A stretch of 58,414 nt of DNA, counting the filler, from Porpidia crustulata (taxonomy: Eukaryota), in NCBI GenBank assembly GCA_964255105.1. It is 6 parts of 6 records of this genome, joined end to end, with 100 filler letters (N's around TTAATTAATTAA, not from the genome) between each part and the next. Parts side by side here need not be neighbours in the genome. Positions count along the whole stretch, not along the records: positions 39,055 to 48,685 come from CAXUWE010000908.1; positions 48,786 to 58,414 come from CAXUWE010000909.1; 4 more parts are not named here. The stretch is one strand, 5' to 3'. Position 1 is the first letter of the stretch. Every line of letters starts with the position of its first letter. A program made the translations under genes and the position numbers. Positions 39,055-50,881 of this stretch are shown here, piece after piece. The notes under the pieces were generated by a model. The model had not been told where the DNA came from. It worked only from the letters and a program-made list of their open reading frames with translations, and ran no database searches.

Positions 39055-40386
39055 GTTGAGGCGATGACGGTGGTGGATGATGAGGTGGTGATTGAGGCAG
39101 TGAGGGAATTACGTGCGCGGGAGGTTAGGGTGAGTTCTGCAATGGTCGTGCTAGTAGTTCAAGAGCCGCAAGTAGGCAGGCAGCAACAGGTGCTCTACAC
39201 GCGATTTTCTTTCTTTCGAAATGGTGCCGAGGACTGAGCATTGATATGCCTAGGCGGGGATCGTGGGGACGGAGGCTATGTAGACTGCTACTATTCGGGC
39301 AGGTCGGGTGCTGGCGCTAGGGTGTTGATCGGTTTTGGATACGATATATGGTTGTGCGGTGATGGCGCGGGATTGGGTAATCGTTGTGATTTGTTTTTAT
39401 ATTGTTGTTGTTGTGGTATTGGTAAAAGTGTTTTGGGGTAGGGAGTCCAGGTCTAGGTGCTGGAAAGTATGTACGCTACTTCAGTTGTCACGGTGATATC
39501 AGCTGGATTGACAGTCGAACTTCCGGGCGTGGATATCGTACTGGCTGCTAGTCATGACGGCGGTGATGATAACTAGTACCAATATAGGAGCTTCAAAAGC
39601 CGGAAGCCTTAGCTAGGGAGGTGTGAGAGGCTACGAAAGGTAGCAAAGACGACTACATTGAATATGGTGAAAGCTCTTAATCAATGGGAATGATCTTTGT
39701 ATTTGGTGAGAGAGCGAGGTAAGACGAAAGAAATGGTAGATGATGGTATGGCTTTTTGGAACATGGTCGAAGTGGTCGTGAGATGTGATGAAGAACAGTC
39801 GAAGGGACATGCAAAACTCTCATGATTTTAATAATGGTAACGACTCGGAAGATTTCTTGCACACGAAGCGCCACTCGCCCTTCCAATATTCTGCTTAGAA
39901 TGCAACAACTGTCAACCTTGCTTCTTGCTCTGATGGCATCAAATATGTCAAGGCTTAGCACAAGCATCGATTCCTGAGTGGTCCTTAACCAAATGCCAGA
40001 AGCTACCTGCATCTGGACATGCATGATTCCCAACAACATGGTTACGGTAGACGGCCTGATACCACCCAAGGGAATCAGTCACCATGTGCCAATGGATAAT
40101 TATAAAGACCTATATCGAAATAGTAAGACACGCTCATCCAGCCTTGACGACTGCTGCAGCCAGGCAGGAAAGTATGCTGAATTTGCCTTGAAGGACTAGT
40201 AGGGCCTTAGCACCTTCGGGTTCGAGAATTCTGTAAATTCCATCCACAATCTTATGATTCGCTACCTTGCACATATTGGCCAGATTGAGAGACACATGTA
40301 AGCGTCGCTCCACTCACTCATTCGCCATGCTGACAGGATCTTGACTATCAAAGACTTGCGAGTATCCCTCGACATGTTACCCGTTG

Positions 40387-42562
40387 CTAGCATCGATGGC
40401 CAAGATCAAGTTCATTCGCAAGTTCCGTTATCAAGGCCAGATCTCCTTCCATATCTCTGATAGCCCAGAGACGCTTGGCCACTGCAGGTGTCATATTGTC
40501 TGGCGTCAACATCTTCGTGAAACACCCAGATTTGCCATTTCTATCTTGCTTCCACCCCCAAGAATTTTCCCGGGCTTCTATCGAGGCCGTATCTTTGATC
40601 CCGTAATCTAAAGCTTGCCTGAAGTGTATCATGCTTGATTTTCTGTGGTTCCGGTGCACGGCGATAGTCTTGGCGCCGACGAGACGTGCGAACAGCTCCG
40701 AGTCGGCCATGCCGAGACACCCTATAGTCTCAACGTGGCCTACGTTTTCGAGATTCGAGAATAGATCGAGATAATAATTGGCATCGACCATGCCATTAGG
40801 CGGAAGTCCTTTGTAATCACCCTCGTCCTCGGGCTCAATTGTATCCCACCCGTAATCCGGGTCTGTGTAGTCGACCCCGTCGGCGAAGGGCAACATAAGT
40901 GTGTCGAGCATAGCTATCTCTTGCAGCAAGGCGAGAGTCCTAGATAGTTGCCACCAGAAGTCTTTGTTACAGCGCTGTGAGCAGGGGCTAAAGTCAGGAC
41001 CATTCGGGTATTCCACGCTCAAAGTCAACTGAGTTGCGGAGACAGGGAAGTGGAGGAACGCGTGCAGTCCCATGAAGAGATGTCTCAGTCTTCTTCGATT
41101 ATTTAGACCAATATGAGTAAGAAAGTCGTGAAGCAAGCCAATGTCAGGATTGAAATAATCACGGTTATTCTCTGAGCAACATACGCTATCAAGACAGAAC
41201 GCAGGTGCGGTTGTGAAGGTATACTGGCCATAGAGAATTTCAGCGGCTTCATTATGCAGTAACTTAAACACCATCAGAAGCGCAGCAGCGCCGTTCACGT
41301 ATTTGCCAGGTGACTTGTTACGTCGCCAGCCAAATACTAGATATTGAAGCATTGTATACGGATGTTGCAGGTCTTCGCCATCTAGATTGGCTGCTGCATG
41401 GAACTCTTCGTACCAGCATGGAAAGATATATTCATAGGTCATTGCGCGAATTTCAGCCGGCATTTTCGAGAACATGTCTTTGCGCGCTCTGTTTGACCTC
41501 GTCAATTTAAAGGTAACTCTATACCCGTCAGATCTAAGAGAACGCCAGTCCCAGCTTGCAATGGCCTTCAAGTTGGGCCTGCCCGCTTCGACATGCAGAA
41601 AGGGTCGTGCTCGACTACAGTTCAACTCAGCTATTACCCTTCGTATTCTCATGGGTTTTATAAAGCTAGCAATGGTTATCAGCTCGTCGATACCATGAAG
41701 AGATAGCTTCTTGAGCTTCTTGAGGGGCCACAGATATTTGAGAAACGTCCTGTTTTCCTTCAAGAGACCATAGCCCATGGCGAAGCGTTGCGGATCGGGA
41801 AACCATAGTTCCAAGTCTTGTAGGTTACGGCATTGTGCGATTGATTCGAGCGCCTGGAGTATCAAGACTGGAGCCAGGCAATGATCACCGGAGATACGAT
41901 CCCATTGGTGCTTCTACGGAGCATACCCATCATGAAGGCTCTCATATTCCAAAAGATAAACGTCCTCGGGCGTTGGCTCTTCATCCCACCCCAAACAACC
42001 TGCATCGAAGTTATCGCTTTCAATGATGTCTCGGATCGTATGAACTTCTGCAAAGAAAACTTGTCCGGCGACTGGATACTCTGGTAAGAAGCCGTTAGCC
42101 TCCACAAGACCTAGCAGCTGCTCGCGCAATGTGATTGCAAAGTGGGCCTCCCCTTGCTGTCCCCAGCCGTATTTAAAAAGCCTCTCTTGACTGTACTCGA
42201 AGTTGACACTGAGGGCAGATATTTTGTGGCAGTTGGTCGGTTCAATACTTTCCAAGAACTCCATGATCCGTATCAGATCCGTTGGTCGAAGGTAGAAAGA
42301 GTTCTCTCCATGTAGAACAGTAGTGGCTTCATCCGAGATCTTTTTGCACGATCGTAGAAGTCGTGCACCCGCTCGTAACAATGCCTTACGATTTAGATAC
42401 TTTGCAGAGTATTGTCTGATATCTGGTGGATGCAAAGACTTGATAGGCTCTCGCTCGACCAAAAGAAGTGTATATGAGAAATCTTACTACCGAAGGTAAG
42501 TCCAGGAAGCTTCGCCTTTGCTTGGATCCGATAGTAGTACTAATATCTGCGCTATGTTCCAT
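40387..42562 (-). pseudogene. Hypothetical protein with two tandem F-box-like (2EXR/DUF7730-like) modules; frameshift near 42468 and in-frame TAG at 41916-41914
   Basis: SFLDLPSVVRFLIY...LLRSCKKISDEATTVLHGENSF...FLESIEPTN and FSKMPAEIRAMTYEYIF...LLMVFKLLHNEAAEILYGQYTF...FLTHIGLNN. ORFs 41914..42462 and 40387..41865 share a frame across one TAG. Confidence 0.55.
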
Positions 42563-43289
42563 TGCCTAGGTCACTCGGTTATAGATATGATCACTTGAAT
42601 CGTGTAATGAAAGGCGTGAAAGAGAGTGAGATTGCTTGGCCTGCACAACAGTACCAAGATTGAGCCCTATGTTGCTGCCCGATCTGTTGTGTAGAACACA
42701 GAGACCGGTAACCTCTCACGACTTCCCCAAAGATGGCCCACTGCCAGCTTGTTTGAATTGGAAAGACATCTCATCAATCATTTTTTGCTTGCAATTTCCG
42801 GCTGTTGACAGTCTTGAGCTGATCCTTAGGTTGACAATAGGCAAGAAAATAAAATCTTCGTCGGCTAAATGCGAGGTGTGGCTGAGGTGCGTTGGCTGAC
42901 CAAGTTACCTATGACTCGCTCAACATCCACAGTATGTCGGAGGTAACTGGCACGATCTTTCTGTTATAGAATCTGTCGACAGTAGTATACGAAGACGAGA
43001 TAAATATCAGATCGTAATCACAATCGCTTGCATTGAATCGTTCCCTGCCCGCGCTCTAAATAATCCTGTGTGAAAAGGCATGCCAGGAATTCCGTCAAGA
43101 TAGCAAATACAATGAGGAACGGTGTATATGAACTAGCAATAAGGCGATCAATTTGCAGAAACTATTGGTGTTGTCCAAAAACATATACGACGAGGAGGAT
43201 CAAGACGGCCACACCCAGGTCCAGAACTAATCACAACAAAATCGCAGGCAGACAATGAAGTCCAGATTGGTATTTACGCATCATTGATT

Positions 43290-44927
43290 CTACCATGCTG
43301 TAATTTCTCCAACTTCGGCCTCGCCAAAAGTGCTGGTTCTTATTACTTGACCGACATCGTCTTGCTTGGTTCCGTCGACCCTATCCATGTTCATGTCTGG
43401 CTTCTCCATAACATCGGGAAGCACCTCCCAGAAAAATGCCAAAATATGGGCGTTGACTTGTTCGAACTGTAATAAGAATGCATCATGGCCCTCAGGGCTA
43501 TCGATCTTGCGGAGTCGCGAGTTTGGAATAGCGGCAGCGATTTCTTGCTGTTCTGCAAAGGTAAAAAGCCCATCGCTCTCAATGCCAATCACTAAGGTTG
43601 GTTGCTTGATTTGAGATAATGCTTCACCTACTGCATTTGCTTTATCAGCTGGCACACGGTATCTCGAGACATCATGAGTGTCGAGCTTTCTGGTAATAGC
43701 AATGTAGCAGTTGCCATCGAAGCGTTTTACAAATTTCTCACCCTGATATCGCAAGTACGATTGAGCGGAAAATTGAGTTGTTGCCCGCTTACGTTCAATA
43801 GGTGGAGTGGGTGGAGGCGGGGCCGAAAAGGTCGTTGCGCCGTGGAACTGCGGGTCTGTGTAATGAGATGTTGAGCTATCTGGTGTGGGGGAACCTACGT
43901 CTGAAGTAGAAGGAGGAGTTGTCATTCCATTGATGGTCGACGGTCTAGGGGGACGAGAGCCTCTGTGACCGTCATTATGGACAGCCCAGTGTTCGTTGAG
44001 AGGAATTGAGGGTTGTTGATCATCGTTAATAGTCTGTCTGCGCGAAGGATCTGGAATATTCCTTCCAAATCTTGCTTCAAAAGAATCTCGACTTCGGTAG
44101 GTGAGAAGTGCCGACATGCGAGCAGCACCGAGCCCTGCCGCTGGCGGATCATCAAAGGAGTAGTATCCATCCTCGTACTTGGGATCACAATATATGCTTT
44201 GTCGTTGAGCTTCCCCCCAGCTTATGCCCCAAGCGCTGTGCCGACTCGAGGTTGCAATAGGCACGATTGCTCGCACATACTCGCCACCAAAGAATGCGTA
44301 TTCCAAAACCAGCATTCCCCCCATAGACCCTCCAACAACCGCAGCAATCTGCCGTACCCCCAAATCATCGAGTACAAGTTTGTGAATACTAGGAAAGTCA
44401 GCGTAATGTAGGCGCAGATCCTAGATAACACGACTGACTGGACATCATCTCGAATCGTTGTTAGCGGAAATTCTGGGCCATATCTTTCCCTCGTAGGATC
44501 CCCGTCGACAGCTGTGACCGGACTTGCGCTACCGTACGGGCTTCCAAGGCTGTTCAAGCAAATGACAAAAAATCTTGTCACGTCAAAAGCTCGACCGGGA
44601 CCGCCCATAAGTGGTCCCCACCAATCGCTCACGTCGGCGCTGCCCGAAAGAGCATGGCATAGGACAATTGTGTTGTCCCCGTTTGGAGACAACTGTCCGT
44701 GCGTGCTATACGCGATTGGAACATTGTGGAGAACAACACCTGACTCAAGAGTAAAAGCTGGTATGATAGCAATTTGCTGGTCTGGAATAAGAGAAGCAAA
44801 AGGGTTCTCGGGTTGTGAGGAGACTCTCTCTACGGGATTTAGCATGTGAATATCACGAACATATCGAGGATGACTGACGGAGTGAGTGAACTGCTATTTT
44901 ACCGCTGGGCGGCGCTTGCTCTCCCAT
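43290..44927 (-). CDS. MET2: Homoserine O-acetyltransferase
   Basis: Three exons; FTLESG, LCHALSGSADVSDWWG, LNSLGSPYGSASP, nucleophile GGSMGG, YLRYQGEKFVKRFD, GIESDGLF, SPEGHDAFLL. Confidence 0.95.
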
Positions 44928-45013
44928 CTGTCTTGTCGTCGTTACTTAGAAACAAACGCGAAGCAGAAGCGGCGATGAGCCGTTGTCGATGTGACAGTGG
45001 ACAAAAATTCGAA

Positions 45014-45054
45014 TGAGTCAAACATCTCGTAATTTTACTAGGCAATGACGCAAT
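45014..45054 (-). promoter_or_regulatory. Candidate Gcn4/CpcA site (TGACTCA) and CYS3/MetR-like bZIP site (ATGACGCAAT) upstream of MET2
   Basis: tgagtca at 45014-45020 and atgacgcaat at 45045-45054 (9/10 match to ATGRYRYCAT), about 90-130 bp upstream of the ATG. Confidence 0.4.
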
Positions 45055-46716
45055 AGCGTGTACCATATCGGCGTATCATTCAATTTCTCTGCTTCTTATT
45101 CTCTTCATATGTCTCATAGAACTTGCCATATAGCTGACATTCGGTCTCTGGCAAATTCTATGAGTTGTACGCAGATATTGATTGCTTTCATGCTCATTCT
45201 CCTTTGCCTCAATGTTTGTTAGTTAGTGCAGCTGATGCAACGCTTCGCTTTCTTGTTTGTTCGGTTTCATGATCTTGTCAACCATTGTATTTCGTCGCTG
45301 AGAAAACTGAGCTACCATGAATTAATGTCTTTACGATCATAGGCCATGTGAAGCTGGATACTGAATCCACAACGGCGACCTTAAATGACTCTCTGTGGCC
45401 CTTTCCTTGCTGTCTTAGTTGATAAACCCTCCAGACTTGCAACTAATTTGCTGCACAGACTGCAAGAAACCGAAAGCAACAAGATTTATTCTTAGGTATT
45501 GTCGATTGTTAAACCTTTTCTCTTTGTTTGGCGGTTCTTGATCGTCTACTTAGAATTCAATAATAAGAACCAGATCCCAAGCAGCCTGCTGCATCAGATC
45601 TTTCCGCTAACTTGGCATATTACTTTTAGTCTTTCGGACCGTCAAAGGTATCGGAATTAAGTATTGAATAATTGTTTGCACAGTAGGTAAATTGTTGACA
45701 ACCTACGGCGATGAGTAGTTCAATCTCTCAGCGCAGACCTGCTCTCGCCCCGGGCCAAAGAGCTCATATATTTCTTGAGAGGTAATGTCCCAGCTCCCGA
45801 GCAGCACATAACATATCCCATCAAGCTCGACCTTGCTGATTTATGTTACATAGGAGGTCAAAAGCAGTACAGCTCGGCGATGTTGTCGATGATAAAATTG
45901 TACACAAACGGAAACATGACACGTACGCCCAGGATGACCAACGACAATATACAGAAATCTCAGAGGATATACCGCATATGAGCGAAGTCGACATGGACAT
46001 TGGAATCAAACCGATCAGCAAACAGACCTCTGGACGTGAATGCGCAGAAGTCACATTTCAGGAGGTACTATGGAAGCCACAGATCTACTCATCAGATCAG
46101 GATTGACAAACATCTTTAGCCCAACTTAAGCCTAGGATCCAAGATCCCTCGATCGAGCGATACAGTGCAGCCTCTCCCTTTATCTGGAGATTTTTCGATG
46201 AGAAGAAGGGCATCTATCTGGGGACGTTGAAGAGCATTTGTCTGGATACCTCGAAGAGGATTTTGTGGTGTAGTAAGGAAGGCCATCCACTGTAGAATGC
46301 GAACGATCGAGCCAGTACACGGACAAAGCGGTCGATGCACAGTAGGGGCCCATTATGTAAATTTATCTTGATCCCAGGGGCAGGTGAAAGCTCACCGCCA
46401 TCCTCGGCTATCGCGCATTCGTCCTGTCGTCAACAAACCCTTCTTTTCCTAATGGTTTGTCAAATTCTGTCGAGGCCAGGTGGGATGGGAGTCCTTGATG
46501 GAAGCAAGGACAAGTTTAAGAAATCCGCCCTTCATGGGTCTTAGCTTGTGGAAATATCCTAGCAAATCGTGATAGAAATTGTGAAAGCTGGTGCTCGCAC
46601 ACCAGTTAGACGAATAAACTCTAGATAATTGCACAACTTCCATTATTTATGCATCGATTGTTGTGCATAAATACCTATCATAGAGACCACTACAGATCCA
46701 AATAAGCTACCATCAA

Positions 46717-48052
46717 ATGGCTACTCTACAGCCTGTGTCACTGGTGTCTATTCATAAAGCTTCAGACTCAGGCTTGCGAGCTCACTTGCACCCACTAGTC
46801 CTCCTCACAATCTCGGACTTTATCACGCGGCATACTCTTCGACGAAAGCAGGATCCTATAGTCGGTGCGCTCCTCGGGCAGCAGAACGGACGAGAAATCA
46901 GCTTTGAGCACGCATTCGAGTGCCAAATTGTCCCAGGAAGCCAGGGCGGTGTGATATTGCACCAAGCGTGGTTCCAGGATCGATTGCAGCAATACAAAGA
47001 TGTCCACAAAGCTCCGGCTCTCGAGCTTGTAGGATGGTTTACGACTGCCCCAGCGTCAGGCCCGCAAAGCCAGCATGTTCCTATCCATCAACAGATAACA
47101 CACGATTACAATGAGACTGCGCTCTTACTTGCGTTCCATCCGTCCAGCGTGCTCGAAGGAGCTGCCGTCGGAGGCAAGCTACCACTTACCATATATGAGA
47201 GTGCCTACGAAACCGGGCAAGATGGCGGGAAAGCTTCAAGAGGAGCTGGGGATGATGAGGCTATGGAAATTGAGGGTCACGACGCATCGTTGGAACTAAG
47301 ATTTAGGGAGGTACCCTACGCTGTTGAGACTGGCGAGGCAGAAATGATAAGCGTGGATTTCGTGGCAAGAGGAGGAGGTAATGCCACAGCTGTGGACGGA
47401 GCTGCGAAAAAGGGCTCGAAGGCTCAAGCGTCACAAGGACCATCAGGGGACACATCTCGAGATGCTGGACCATCAAAGGAGGCCAAGGCAGTCCCAGACT
47501 CCTCGATACTTTCCTCAGAGGACGAAGAGCGTATGTGCTTATAATCTTGTTGTCTATATGACTTGGCCATGGTACTGACGACCGACAGTCATCGCCTCCC
47601 TCACGGCCCGAGCAAACGCAGTCAAAATGCTCCACGCCCGCATCCAGCTTCTGAAGTCCTACCTGCAAGCCCTCCCGCCCTCCTACCTGACCACCTCATC
47701 ACCTCCAGACTCCTCACTTTCCTCCTCTTCTCCCCCCTCCAACTCAACCAACTACCCCCTTCTCCGCTCCATCCTCGCCCTCACCAACCGTCTTCCCCTC
47801 CTCACACCCGCCGACAGCGCCGCCTTCGAACAACAAGCCCTAGCCGAGAAAAATGACGTCTCACTCGTCGCGCTCCTGGGGAGTCTCAATAAAAGCATAA
47901 AGGAAGCTAGGGAAATGGGCCGGAAATTCGGGATTGTGGATGGGCCGAGGCAGCAAGGAGGGAAGAAGGGATACGGGCTCGGGAATCTGACGGACGAGTT
48001 GTTTCCGTCTCTGGCTACTGGGAATGTACCTGGAGGCGGGGAGTGGGCATGA
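46717..48052 (+). CDS. CSN6: COP9 signalosome subunit 6 (MPN- domain)
   Basis: LHPLVLLTISDFITRH, IVGALLGQQNGREISFEHAFE, ELVGWF, LPLTIYES, VETGEAEMISVDFVARGGGNA; intron 47531-~47589, then IASLTARANAVKMLHARIQLLKSYL. Confidence 0.93.
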
Positions 48053-48685
48053 TCGAGATGACTGGGGCGTAGGCAGGGAGTCGTGGGCATGGGGTGGAAC
48101 AACGCTCTTGATGCCTCTATCGATGGCTGTGGCGAAGGCGCAATGCGGACAACATACTGGGCCTTAGATGACTCGGAACGATTAGACGCATTTGAAGCGC
48201 TATGATACGATTGTTCATCCGCGCTTGCATCAAAGAGGAAAATAGCTGCCGCAGATTGCAGTCTATACAAACGAGGGCGTACGCGCATGGCATCGTCTAA
48301 GGATATCTGATGCTCCAAATCCGTGCCTTTGATGATTTTTCCCTCGTCGAGTGACTTTAGCTAATACACATGCCATCTCCAGACTTCAATTCCGCTACCG
48401 TTCGTCTCACGAACTCATACAACAGGCCCCTCTTCCTCCCTACCACGGCAATACCGTAAACACCCTATCCTACGCGCCGTAATTATAACGCCTTGTATCT
48501 AGTCCCTCGTCTGGCTCGGAGCATTTAGCAGCTACGATCACGGCTTTTCACGGCCGTGGAATTGCAGTTTTTGGATCGTGAAGATTGTTAAATTGGTGAA
48601 TGGAGATATGGGGTGCTTTGGGTAGTATGTATAGATTGGGATTTTCCAGAGGTGGTTTCGGCGATTGATGGGATGGTTCTTGGAG

Positions 48686-48785
48686 NNNNNNNNNNNNNNN
48701 NNNNNNNNNNNNNNNNNNNNNNNNNNNNNTTAATTAATTAANNNNNNNNNNNNNNNNNNNNNNNNNNNNNNNNNNNNNNNNNNNN
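48686..48785. other. Artificial contig linker
   Basis: N44-TTAATTAATTAA-N44. Confidence 0.98.
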
Positions 48786-49604
48786 ACCCAGGGACTCGAC
48801 CGAAAGGAACGGGAACACCCACTCAAATGGAAGAGGCAAACCGAAGGCTAAACCTCTCCTTTTTAAGCTGCATACGCCTTCGCTTCAGGGTCAAGTCCTC
48901 TCCAGCAACTTCTTCCAGCTGTCTGGGTGTCATCCCAGCCACGAAAGCTGGGGAAAACAATTTCAGTAGCGTACTTGGTCCATTACTAAATGCGGATATG
49001 ACTCTTTGATTATCTGAATTAATGCCTGCGGATCTCCAATTCTCGGTCTCTCATATGCAATGTCTAGCGAAGAGAACCGACGGACGAGACGGAAATCTAA
49101 TAGAAATAGGGTAGAGATGAAATAACGGCCGACGTGATTTAGTACTCGGTAATTTACTTCGTTCTACCATAGATTGCGTCACCATGGCACACTTATTGGG
49201 CTACAGCACCGTCCTCTTAAACCAAGACGGGAAGTTCAATATTAGTAAATGTCAGAGCGTTTGAAGTAGCGGAACGGACTAGGATAACAAGAATCTAAAT
49301 AAGCAAAGGCTCAGTATGGGCAGTGTCCACAATAATCACAACCATCGAGACTGCACGCCGCCTACTTTCTGATTGACTCCGAGTTGTCATAATCATCATT
49401 AAAGTCATCGTGCCGGCCATAACCCCGCTTCTCACTCCCGTCAGAGCTACTTAGGGCGCCTAGTACACGAGGGATTGAGAGGATCTCCCCCGAGCCAGCG
49501 GCCAGATGTTCTCCCTCATCTTGCAAACCCGAATCCGTATCTTTCGCCGGCGTTGGATTCGGGAACAGGTCGTCATGCAATGTTGACTCTCCTTCTTTCA
49601 CTAC

Positions 49605-50881
49605 CTATTCGGCTTTCTTCCCCTTCGTGTCTTCTGGACCAAATATAATGCTCTTCCCTTCTGCTTTAATCTCCACTCCGTCGACAGGCTTTACAGCACT
49701 CTCAGCTCCTGCGTCATGATCCGTATTGGTCTCCGCTTCGGAATTATCCCTATTGCCCCATTTGGAATACAAGTCCTTTGGCAGCATCTTTTTCTGTCAA
49801 CCTTCCAAATAACCAATTTATCTTCCTTAACATCATATTTGACGATAGCATTTCCACCACATCCCTTCACCACATTAAGAATTTTGTTGATCAGTGCAGC
49901 CAATTTCCTCAGATCCGTCTGGTTGCGTTCTTCCCATCTCTTGATCAGAGCCGTTACATCTTCAACCTTTGGTCCCTGAAACGTACCCTTGCGGTGGTAA
50001 GCTCGCACAAGCTTAAAAGTTTGAGATATCCAGAGCTGCGGTGCGATCTCTTGAATCTCAAGAGGCTTATGGAAGACACGTGTTTTGATTTCAAGGGTTG
50101 ATTCGAGTGGTACCACCTGGCCTTCTTCTTTAATTGTCAATTTGGACCCAGCAGAAGTGGTGTTAGGAAGGCTGTTGGTCGGGGTTAGAGACAAGGATCC
50201 TAGCATGCTGGAGAGACTGTCGTTTTCCGGCTCTTTGCTGTTGGAAGAAGGTATCCTTGTATCAGCATCTACGTATCCGTCCGTTTCATGGCGAACGATG
50301 AAGTCCAGATCACTGAAGCGGTACGAGATAATTCTGTGATGTCCAGTGCTGCCGCTAATCTGGCTAGTCGTGTATACCTTCTCGAATTCGTGACCAAAGC
50401 CCCTAAATTCATGTGGTCCGATAAACTCGTGGGTCGCGGTCTCCTCGCGAGAGAATATTGCAGCGTTTTTCGTGACCTCGATATTAATGGTGAATGTTTC
50501 GAGTCCGTTTCTAGTTGAGCCAGGGTTAATAAATGAAAGGAGTTTACGGATATTATTTCGGTCGGTCACGACATTAATCGAGCGGATGTCGAATGAAGGG
50601 TTTGCGATGTACAACGCGCGAAATAGGGGTTCAAGCGGACTGTCCGGATGGCGAGCTGCATTCTAGGCGATGTAGATGAGACCGGAGTCCTTTTTCAGCT
50701 GTCGAGGAGCCCTTGGAGCGGACCAAAGGGGTGGACTGCCCGGGACAGCAATGGTGGGTACAGGTGCCTCGATCCAATTGTAGGAGGACAGGTGCTTGAC
50801 GTCAGTGATTGACGCCATAGGAGGAGTACTGAGTTCCCTAAGATCTTGGCGAGAGATCTCGGCTATGGTAGTGGATGCCAT
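49605..50881 (-). pseudogene. DXO/Rai1-like PD-(D/E)xK nuclease-fold protein, disrupted by an in-frame TAG (50665-50663) and a 1-nt frameshift (A5 run, 49793-49789)
   Basis: MASTTIAEIS...LSSYNWIE...AVPGSPPLW...GLIYIA*NAARHPDSPLEPLF...VVTDRNNIRKLL...GFGHEFEK...VRHETDG...LEIKTR...PQLW...(fs)KMLPKDLYSKW. Confidence 0.65.
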
